A DNA stretch of 64,000 bases from the human T2T-CHM13v2.0 reference genome, Homo sapiens, in assembly GCF_009914755.1 (NCBI RefSeq), contig NC_060929.1. One strand, 5' to 3'. The notes under the pieces are model-generated. The model was not told where the DNA came from and searched no databases. It saw only the letters and a program-made list of their open reading frames with translations. Below are positions 52,203 through 64,000 of this stretch, piece by piece. Each line of letters starts with the position of its first letter. Positions within the stretch are counted from its first letter, which is position 1. The translations under genes were made by a program, and so were the position numbers.

Positions 52203-54662
52203 TGATATGGTTTGGGTCTGTGTCCCCACCCAAATCTCATGTCAAATTGTAATCCCTAGCGTTGGAGGTGGGGGCTGGTGGGAGATGATTGGATCATGGG
52301 AGCAGATTTCTCACTAATAGTTTAACACCATTCTTTTGGTGCTGTTCTCGTGACAGTGAGTTCTTGTGAGATCTGGTTGTTTAAACATGTGTAGCACCTC
52401 TCCTCTTGTTTGCTCTCTCTTGCTCCTGCTCCTGCCTTGTAATAAGGCCTACTCCCACTTTGCCTTCTGCCATGAATATAAGCTTCCTGAGGACTCCCCA
52501 GAAGCAGATGCCACCATGTTTCCTGTAAAGTCTGCAGAACCATAAGTCAATTAAACCTCTTTTCTTATAAATTACCCAGTTTCAGGTATTTCTTCATAGC
52601 AATGTGAGAATGGCCTACTATAGAAAATTGGTGCCAGGAATTGGGTATTGCTATAAATATACCTGAAAATGTGGAAACAGCTTTGGAATTGGGTAACAGG
52701 CAAAGGTCAGGAGAGTGTGGAGGGCTCATAACTAAAAACGAAGATGGAGAAAAGTTTAAAATTTCCTAGAGACTAGTTAAATGATTGTGACCAAAATGCT
52801 GATAGTGATACGGACAATGAAATCCAGGCTAAGGAGGTCTCAGATGAAAATGAGAAACGTATTGGGAACTGGAGCAAAGGTCACTGTGCTTATGCCTCAG
52901 CAAAAAAACGTGGCTGCATTGTGTCCCTGCACTAGGGACCTGTGGAACGTTGAACTTGAGAGTGATGATATAGGGCATGTGGCAGAAGAAATTTCTAAGC
53001 AGCTGGGTGGTCAAGATATTGCCTGACTGCTTAGAACAGGCTATGCTCATATGCATGAGCAAATAAATTACCTAAAGTTGGAACTTATATTTAAGGGGGA
53101 AGCAGAGCATAAAAGTTGGAAAGATTGCAGCCTGGCCACATTGTAGAATATAAAAGCCCATTTTCAGGAAAGGAGTTCAAGTAGGCTGAAGATATCTGCA
53201 TAACTACAAAGCAGGCAAGTGCTGATAGCCAAGACAATGGGGAAAAAACCTCAAAGGCTTTTCAGAGAACTTTGCATCATCCCCTCCCATTACAGTTCTG
53301 GAGGCCTAGGAGGACATAATGATTTCATTGACCAGGTCCAGGGCCCTGTGGCCCTGCACAGCCTTGGAGCATTGCTTCCTTCATCCCAGCCACTCCAGCT
53401 CCAGCCATGGCTCAAGGGGGCCCAGGTACCTCAGGCCATAGATCCAGAGGGTGCAAGCCATCAGCCTTGACAGATTCCATGTGTTGTTAAGCCTGTAGGT
53501 TTGCAGAGTGCAAGAGTTGAGGCTTGGGAGCCTCCACCTAGATTTCATAGAATGTATAGAAAAGCCGGATGTCCAGTCAGAAAGTTGCTGCAGGTGCAGA
53601 GCCCTCTGGAGAATCTCTACCAGGGTGGTACAAAGGGGGAAATGTAAGGTTGGAGTCCCCACACAGAATCCCCAGTGAGGCACTGGCCTAGTAAAGCTAT
53701 GAGAAGAAGGTCACCATCCTGCAGACCTCAGAATGGTAGATCCACTGACAGCTTGCTCCCTGTGCCTGGAAAAGCCACAGGCACTCAATGCTAGCCAATG
53801 AGAGCAGCCACAGGGGCTGAATCCTGCAATGCTGCAGGGGTGGAGCTGTTTAAGGCATTGAGAGCCCATTCCATGCATCAGTATGCCCTGAATGTGGAAC
53901 ATGGAGTCAAAGGAGATTATTTTGAAGCATTAAGATTTAATGGCTGCCCTCCTGAGTTTTAGACTTGCATGGGGCCTGTAGCCCCTTTCTTTTGGCTAAT
54001 TTCTCTCTTTTTGAAAGGGAGTATTTACCCAAGGCCTATACCCTCATTGTATCTTGAAAGTAACTAACTTGTTTTTGATTTTACAGGCTCATAAGTAAAA
54101 GGGATTGGCCTGGTCTCAGATGAGTCTTGGGACTTTTGAGTAATGCTGGAAGGAGTTAAACTTTGGTGGACTGTTGAGAAGTCATCATTGTATTTTGAAA
54201 TGTGAGAAGAACATGAGATTTGGGAGGGGTCAGGGGCAGGATCATATGGTTTGGATCTGTGTCCCCACCCAAATCTCATGTCAAATTATAATCTTCAATG
54301 CTGGAGGTGGGGCCTGGTGGGAGATTATTGGATCATAGAAACGAATTTCTCATGAATGGTTTAACACCATCCCTTTGGTGTTGTTCTTGTGATAGTGAGT
54401 GAGTTCTCATGAGATCTGTTTATTTAAATGTGTGTAGCACCTCCCTGTCATTGTCTCTCTCTTTCTCCTGCTCCCACCATGTAAGATGACTGTTCCCACT
54501 TTGCCTTCCACCATGAGTATAAGCTCCCTGAGGCCTCCCCAGAAGCAGATGTCACCATGCTTCCTGTATAGCCTACAGAACCATAGCCAAATAAGCCTCT
54601 TTTCTTATAAATTACCCAGTCTCAGGTATTTCTTTATAGCAATGCAAGAACAGCCTGATACA
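52203..54662 (+). mobile_element. Complete MSTA MaLR element: 5'LTR 52203-52622, internal 52623-54241, 3'LTR 54242-54662
   Basis: Two ~420-bp LTRs, ~1.6-kb internal region, polypurine tract tgggaggggtcaggggcagga before the 3'LTR, perfect 5-bp TSD GGTGC. Confidence 0.93.
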
Positions 54663-55140
54663 GGTGCTCTGATGTTTGGTGCATATGTATTTATAATTTT
54701 CATATATCCTTTGTTGAATTTATCTCTTTATCATTCTATAATGAACTTCTTTGTATCTTTTCAGTTTTTGACTAAAGTCGATTTTATCTGACACAGGTAT
54801 GGCTACTCCTGTTCACTTCTGATGTCTGTTTGCAATAAACATCTTTTTCATCCCATCATTTCAGCCTGTTTGTCTTTAACAGTGAGTTGAGTCTCCTGTA
54901 GGCAGCATGTAGTCTGTTTTATCCCATTTAGCCACTCTATATCTTTTAATTCAATAATGTAATGCATTTATTTTTGAGGTTAATATTGATAGGTAAAGAC
55001 TTGACTTACTACTGCCATTTTGTTAATTGTTTTCCAGATATTTTGTAGAATTTTTGTTCCTTTCTTTCTCACTTGTTTACCTCTTTGGTTTGGTGGTTTC
55101 CTGTGGTGCTAAAGTTTGTTTTCTTTGTGTCCAGTTATAA

Positions 55141-56404
55141 TTTTTTTTCTTTTTCTTTTCTTTTAAGTTACAGGGTACCTATGCAGGATGTGCAGATTTG
55201 TTATACAGGTAAACATGTGCCATGGTGGTTTGCTGCACCTATCAATCCATCACCTAGATATTAAGCCCAGCATGCATTAACTATTTTTCCTGATACTCTC
55301 CCTCCCCCGACCCCCTGCAACAGGCCCCAGTGTGTGTCGTTTTTCTCCCTGTGTCCATGTGTTGCCATTGTTCAGCTCCCACTTATAAGTGAGAACATAC
55401 AGTGGTTGGTTTTCGTTCCTGCACTAGTTTGCTGAGGATAATGGCTTCTAGCTCCATCCATGTTCCTGAAAAGGACAAGATCTCATTTCCTTTTATGGTT
55501 ACATAGTATTCCATGGTGAATATGTACCACATTTTCTTTATCCAGTCTATCACTGATGGGCATTTGAGTTGATTCCAAGTCTTTGCTACTGTGAATAGTG
55601 CTGCAATGAACATGGATGTGCATGTATCTTTGTAACAGAATGATTTATATTCCTCTGGGCATATACCCAGTAATGGGATTGCTGAGTCAAATGGTATTTC
55701 CGGTTCTAGGTCTTTGAGAAATTGCCACACTGTCTTCCACAATGGTTGAATTAATTTACATTTGCACCAACAATGTAAAAGCATTCTTATTTCTCTACAG
55801 CCTTCCCAGCATCTGTTGTTTTGTTTCCTGACTTTTTAATAATTGCCATTGTGACTGGCATGAGATGGTATCATCGTGGTTTTGTTTGCATTTCTCTAAT
55901 GAGCAGTGATGTTGAGCTTTTTTCTCATACGTTTGTGGGTCACATAAATGTCTTCTTTTGAGAAGTGTCTGTTCATGTCCATTGCCCAGTTTTTAATGGT
56001 TTTTTTTCTTGTAAATTTTTTGTTTATGGTCCTTGTAGGCCCTGGATATTAGACCTTTGTCAGATGGATAGATTGCAAAAATGTTCTCCCATTCTGTAGG
56101 TTGTCTGTTCACTCTGATGATAGTTTCTCTCGCTGCGCAGAAGCTCTTCAGTTTAATTAGATCCCATTTGTCAATTTTTGTTTTTGTTACAATTGCTTTT
56201 CGTGTCTTTGTCATGAAATATTTGCCCATTCCTATGTACTGAATGATATTGCCTAGGTTTTTTTAATAGTATTTTTATAGTTTTGGGTTTTACATTTAAG
56301 TCTTTAATCCATCTTGAGTTGGTTTTTTATATGGTGTAAGGATAGGTCCAGTTTCAATTTTCTGCATATAGCCAGCCAGTTATTTCAGCACCATTTATTA
56401 AATA

Positions 56405-56406
<2 letters not shown>
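55141..56406 (-). mobile_element. 5'-truncated L1PA8-10-like element
   Basis: polyT, 3'UTR (catggtggtttgctgcacctatcaatccatcacctag) and ORF2 C-terminal ORFs 55383-55784 and 55993-56229; no TSD found. Confidence 0.88.
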
Positions 56407-56445
<39 letters not shown>

Positions 56446-56452
56446 CGCACGC
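56407..56452. repeat. (TG)n microsatellite grading into GC/CA alternation
   Basis: Direct reading; alternating purine-pyrimidine tract. Confidence 0.9.
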
Positions 56453-57243
56453 ACGCATGCATGCCCATGCATCCTTGGTGGGCTTGGTGAGCTGGCCAAC
56501 TGTGTGGCATGGGTTCATGTGGGTGCAGTGGATGGTTGGCTATTAGGTGGCTTCTCTGCTATGCAAGTTGGCCTCTTGCTGGGTAGGGAGTGATGGGTAT
56601 GCTATGTAGTTTTAGACACTGGGGTTTTGGTTGTACCATCAGTCTTAGCCTCCAGACAGCCATTATTGCAATATTGCAGGCACCTGTGTGAATGTGGTGA
56701 AATAATGGTGGGACCTTAGGGATGGAGAAAGTCAATGGTTATTGGCCCCCAGGATAGTCTAGACTCTAGCAGTGGATCTGGATTCAGGGTGGTGTCATGC
56801 CATAGCAGCTTAAGTCACATGGGTGAGAAGTGTTCAACATAGGTTCCTACTCTGAGGCAATGTAGCCACACAAACTCCTAGCCACTCTCCAGCCTGGATT
56901 TGGAGTCTGTGAGGACTGGAGGGCTCTCCTGTGGTAGGGACTAATGGTGTCTGCAATGGCACTGGAGACCACTGGGCATCTATCTCTAGCTAACCTTTCC
57001 CCCTTAATAAGTATCCCTGACTCTGAAAAGATCCTGACAGTGCAGAAGGTTCCTCTAACTCCTCTCTATGTTGCTATCCTGGGCTTCTCTGCTCCACAGG
57101 GATTTTATCTCTGGAGATCTTCAGCATGTTTCCTCTGTCACTCTACTCAAAATATAGTTGTTTATTCACTGTTTTAGTTTTGTCCTTTTTTTTTTTAGGG
57201 GAGAACAAGCATCAGACATCTCTAGTCAACCATCTTGCTGAAA
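56453..57243 (-). mobile_element. Old L1 5'UTR remnant
   Basis: Ends with tctagtcaaccatcttgctg (reverse complement cagcaagatggttgactaga, the L1 5'-start YY1-type motif). Confidence 0.55.
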
Positions 57244-58200
57244 TAATTTTCCATATTAACTTTAGAATTAGTTTATCAATATCTACATAATTTTCTGGGA
57301 TTTTGTTTGGGATTGCAGTGAATCTACAGATCAAGTTGGGAAGAACTGGCATCTTGACAATATTAAGTCTTCCTACCCATAAACAGAATCTGTCCATTTA
57401 TTTAGTTATTCGATTTCATTCATCAGTGTTTTGTAGTTTTCCTCATACAGATTTTGTGCATATTTTGTTGGTTTTACACCTAAGTATTTTATTTTGGGAG
57501 GGTGTTAATGTAAACCATATTGTGTTTTAAATTTCAAATTCCCATTGTTCATTGCTAGTATATAGGAAAGCAATTGACTTTTGTATAGTAACCTTTCCTT
57601 GCAACCCTTCTATAATCATAATCACTATTTAGTTCCAGGAAGTTTTTTGTCAATTTTTTAAATTTTGTACATAGACAATCATGTCAAAATAAAACAGTAA
57701 GTTTTACTTCTTTCTTCCTAACTAGTATACTTTTTGTTTTCTTGTCTTATTATATTAGCTAGGACTTCCAGTACAATGTTCAAGAAAGATAGCAAGAGAG
57801 GACATCCTTATCTTTCTCCTAATCTTAAAAAGCTTCTAGTTTCTCATCAGTAAGTATGATGTTAGCTGTAGATTATATATATATAATATTTATAGATTAT
57901 ATATAAAATATATATAATATATACTTGTGGATTACATGTATATTATTTATCAAGTTGAAGAAGTTCCCCTCTATTCTTAATTTATTGAGAGTTTTTATCA
58001 TAAATGGGTGTTGGATTTTGTCAAATCCTTTTTCTATCTATTGATATAATTGTAGTGATATTTTTTCCTTGGTCTGTACATTTTATGGATTACACAAATT
58101 GATTTTCTAATGTTGAACTAGCCTTGCATACCTGTGACAAATCCCACTTGGTCCTGGCATATACTTCTTTTAATATGTTGTTGGATTCAATTTGCTAAAA

Positions 58201-59724
<1,524 letters not shown>

Positions 59725-61156
59725 TATTTTGTTGGGGATTTTGCATCTATGTTTATGAGAGATATTGGTCTATAGTTTTCTTTTCTTGTAATGTCTTTGA
59801 CCGGTTTTGGTATTAGGGTGAAACTAGCCTCACAGAATGAGTTAGGAACTGTTCCCTCTGCTTCCATCTGTCGAAAGAGATTGTAGAGCTTTGGTATAAT
59901 TTCTTTCATAAATGTTTGGTAGAATTCACCAAAGAACCCACCTTGGCCTGGTGCTTTCTGTTTTGGAAGGTTATTAATTATTGAAACATTTCTTTAGTAG
60001 ATACAGGCCTAGTCAGATTGCCTATTTCTTCTTGTGTGAGTTTTGGCAAATGGTCTCTTTCAAAAAATTGGTCCATTTCATTTAGGTTTTCAAATCTGTA
60101 GGCAAAGAGTTGTTCATAGTATTCCTTTATCATTCTTTTAAAATCTATAAGATCTGTAGTGATGTTCCTTATTTCACTTCTGATATTAGTAATTTGTTTC
60201 TTCTCTTTTTTCGTAGTTAGCCTGGTTAGAGGTTGATCAATATTATTGGTGTTTGCAAAGAAGCAGCTTTTAGCTTTATTGATTTTCTCTACATATGTCC
60301 TATTTTCAATTTGATTAATTTATGCTCTAGTGTTTAACTTTTTTCTTCAGCTAACTTTGGATTTGCTCTTCTTTCTCTAGTTTCCTAAAGTAGAAGTTTA
60401 GATGATTGATTTTATATTTATTTTTTCTAATAGATGCATTCAATGCTATAAATTTTCCTCTAAACTGTGTTTTCACTCTTCCCACAAACTATGATTAGTT
60501 GTGTTTTCATTTTCATTTAGTCCTAAATATTTTGAGATTTCTCTTGAGAATTATTATTTGCTCATGTGTTATTTAGAAATGTCTTGTTTAATCTCCACGT
60601 ATTTGGAAGTTTTCCACTTACCTCTGTTACTGACTTGGAGTTTAATTCTGTTGTGGTCAGAGACCAGACATTGCATAATATCTATTCTTTTGACTTTGTT
60701 AAGGTATGTTTAATGACCCAGAATGCGGCCTATCTTGGTGAACGTTCCATGTTAGCTTCAGAATGCTGTGCGTTCTGCTGTTGCTGGATGAAATAGTCTA
60801 TAGATGTCAATTATATCCAGTTGACTCATACTATTGGTTTCAACTAAGTCCTTACAATTTTATGCTTGCTGGATTTGTCCATTTCTGAAAGAGGAGTGGT
60901 GAAGTCTCCAATTTGAATCCATCTATTTCTCCTTGCAGTTTTTCCAGTTTATGCCTTGCATATTTTGATGCTCTGTTGTTAGGCATATACTCATTAAGAA
61001 TAGTTATGTCTTTTTGGAGTATTGACCCTTTATCACTATGCAATGACCTTCTTTATCCCTGATAACTTTCCTTTCTTTGAAGTCTGTTCTGTCTGAAATT
61101 AATATGATGATTCCTGCTTTTTTAAATTAGCATTAGCAAGGTATCTCTTTCTCTAT

Positions 61157-61249
61157 AGATACGCCCAAATCTCACAAATCACCACTGAAGAACTTATTCA
61201 TATAACAAAATACCACCTGTTCCCCAAAAACCTATGGAATAAAAAAAAA
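61157..61249 (+). mobile_element. ~90-bp L1PB-type 3' terminus
   Basis: aaatctcacaaatcaccactgaagaacttattcatataacaaaataccacctgttccccaaaaacctatggaat followed by A tail. Confidence 0.75.
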
Positions 61250-63898
61250 TTTAATATTTACCTTTAATCTATATCTTTATACTTAGGGTGGGTTCTTTGA
61301 ATGGATCATATAGTTGAGTCTTGTTTTTAAATCCACTCTGACAATCTCTGTCTTTTAATTGGTTCATTTTGACCATTGATGTTCAAAGTGATTATTGAGG
61401 TTGAATTAATATCTACCATATTTGTTACTGTTTTCTGATTTTTGTTCTTTTCCTTTTTCTTATTTTTGTCTTCGCCTCTTTTTCTGCCTTTTGCGGTTTT
61501 CACTGAGCATTTTATATTTTACCTTCACTTATTCCTTCTTCAATGCTCTTTCTTTCTTTCTTTGTGTAGATCTAAAGAACTTACCTTAACATTTTTTGTA
61601 AGTCATGTCCACTGTCAACACATTTCCTCAATTTTTGTTTGTCTGAGAAAGCTTTTATGTCATCTTCATTTTTGAAGAATAATTTCACAGGATACAGCAT
61701 TCTAGGTTGGTGGGGTTTTTTTGTCTTAACACTTTAAATATTTCACTCTATTTTCTTTTTGTTTGCATGGTTTCTAAAGAGAAGTCAAATGAAATTGCTA
61801 TCTTTGTATCTTTATAGGTAAAATGTTTCTTTCCCCCTCTGGCTTCTTTCAGGATTTTAATTTATCTTTGAGTTTCTGTAGTTTGAATATGATATACCTA
61901 AATGTCATTTTTTGACATTTGTCTTATTTGTTATTCTTTGAACTTTCTAGATTTAAGGTTTGATGTCTGATGTTAATTGGGGGAAATTATTAATGATTCT
62001 TATCTTAAATATTCCTTCTGTTCTTTTTTCTCTTTCTTCTACCTTTCCTATTCCTATTATGCATACATTACACTATTTGTAGTTGTTCCACAGTTCCTAG
62101 ATATCCTGTTCTGTTTTACCAGTGGTTGTTTTTTTCTTTCTTTTTTTTTTTTTTTTTGCTTTTCAGTTTTGGAAGTTTCTGTCGGTACATCCTCAAGCCA
62201 TGTCCAGCCTAGTAATAAGCTCATTAAAGATATTCTTCATTTCTCTTACAGTGGTTTTGATCATTAGCACTTTTTTCTTGCTTTCTTCTTAGGATTACCA
62301 TCTCTCTGCTTAATTACCCATCTGTTCTTGCACGACGTCTACTTTATCCATAGGGCCTTTAGCATATTAATCTTAGTTGATTTAACATCTCTGTTAGAAA
62401 TATCTCTACCAGGTATGGTTCTTGTGCTTGCCCTGTCTCTTCAAATTGTAGGATTTTTTTTTTTTTTTTTGCCTTTTAGTATTCTTTGTAATTTTTCTCT
62501 TGATAGCTGACATGAGGTATTGGGTAAAAGGATCTGCTGGGAATAGTCCTTCAGTAATGTGGTGGTAAGTTGTGGAAGGAGAGGAAGCATCCTATAGTTC
62601 TAAGATTAGGTCTTTATCTTTTAGTGAGCCTGTTTCTGGACGTTGAATGTCACAGTGTTTCACAGTTGCTTTTTTCTACCCCTTAGCTGAGACAGAATGG
62701 CTAAAGTGGGCTAGAGTTAGGCATTTTCCTTTTCTCTTTCCCCAAGTCAGGTAGGATGTGATAAAACCCCAGAAAGTTAGGCTGTGATTAACTAGTTTCT
62801 CCTGAGGGCAGAACTTATTAAGAACAGAGTGCTCTGGCACATTTCAAAATGGTTCCTTTTCCTCTTTCACTCCTGAAAGAATGAGGGAATTTTATTCCAA
62901 TATTTACTGTGAGAACCTGGTCAGGCTCCTAGAGGTAAAACACAAAAGTGTGGGGGAATCCATATGATTGGACCCACCTGGCGATTTTAATTCTCAGATT
63001 TGTCCACTCGCAGCCTCCAACAATTTATTACAGTTCATGTTTTCCCATCCTCGCACTTGTTCATGAAGAGGTTTCTGCTCTGGTGTGTCGTGATTTTCTG
63101 TATCCACCTGCCTGTCCCTCCAATTTGAGGGCAGCAATTTGCCTTGGGACCTCGCTTCTCTTAAAGATCTAAGAGTTGGTTTTTCAGGTTGTTCAGCCTT
63201 TCACTTGTTAGGACTGAGTAGTGACTTTTAAGTTCCTGACATGTGGAATCGGAAACTTTACCGTCTGTTTTGCTCAGAATGTTGAAGATATTCTGGTGCT
63301 AAGCATATTTTGTGGTAACATTAAAGCTTTTAAAAGTAGATAATTAGCTGGCAAATACAAATGCAGGAAAAACATCAAGGCTATAAATACAGCCATGGAG
63401 GAATTCATCTGTTTAGAAATCACATGTGTACTGAGAGAGGAAGACTTCTGAGAGTCTGTGAAAAGAATAGATACTTCAGATTACATCTTGGGAAATTCTT
63501 GCATTTAGAAGTTGGGAAGAGGACAAAGTAGGAGAAAAAAATTGTTGAAGTAAAAGGGAGGCATAGACCATTGCAATATTATGGAAGCCGGAAAAATAAA
63601 ACGCCTTACTTGAAGAAAGTGATGCTGTGTAGATTCAAGTGCTGCATCAAAGTCAAAGGGAATGAAAATGCAAAATGACCTGGAAGTTCTTATTGTGCTA
63701 GAAAGTAAGAAAATTCTTAAAGAAAAATGCAGGTATGTCGAAGTAACACAGAATCCAGTTGAAAGTGACTGTCAGCAATCCAAACTGGGACAATTTCAGC
63801 ATCAAAATAATGATAGTCATGGTTATAAACCACCAAATGAAACAAGCACCCTTGATTTCATACTGTTATGAATTACTGACTGAATGAAAGAGAAGGGG

Positions 63899-64000
63899 TG
63901 TGATGATTAATTTTATGTTCTGACGTGACTAAACCATGAGGTGCCCAGATATTTGTTTAAACATTATTCTGGGTGTGTCTGTGAGGGTATTTCTGGATAA
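63899..64000 (+). mobile_element. MLT2 (ERVL) LTR 5' part, runs off the window
   Basis: tgtgatgattaattttatg...gtgcccagatatttgtttaaacattattctgggtgtgtctgtgagggtatttctgga. Confidence 0.8.

Larger units (their letters stand above)
51115..55135 (-). mobile_element. Old L1M ORF2 5' (endonuclease) region, split by two MaLR insertions
   Basis: ORF 51881-52069 DIYRTFHPTAAE...ILGHKTSLNKY; host sequence rejoins across GGTGC. Confidence 0.75.

Noticed and set aside
57868-57945. (AT)-rich repeats of tagattatatat
   Set aside because: Ordinary slippage-derived low-complexity expansion inside an old L1

Overview
This is repeat-dense, AT-rich primate genomic DNA, most likely human or great ape given an L1PA2-type insertion and many Alus. 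No intact cellular protein-coding gene can be supported. The first ~32 kb is unique sequence mixed with ancient L2, MIR, MLT, MER5, Tigger and L1M fragments, Alus, solo MaLR LTRs and three truncated L1PA copies, one of them twin-primed. From ~32.7 to 63.2 kb the window is an almost continuous stack of nested, mostly minus-strand L1s. That stack contains a full-length L1PA3/4 (ZNF93-bound 5'UTR segment, extended ORF0, intact endonuclease domain in a 613-aa ORF2 prefix), a complete MSTA MaLR element and a Tigger3. The most notable feature is a 5'-truncated processed retrocopy of TRIM28/KAP1, the KRAB-ZFP corepressor that silences L1, inserted inside an L1 that itself sits inside another L1. Several small templated-insertion or template-switch scars are also visible. 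Subfamily names come from remembered consensus features and need RepeatMasker/Dfam confirmation. I found no evidence for a genuinely new biological system.
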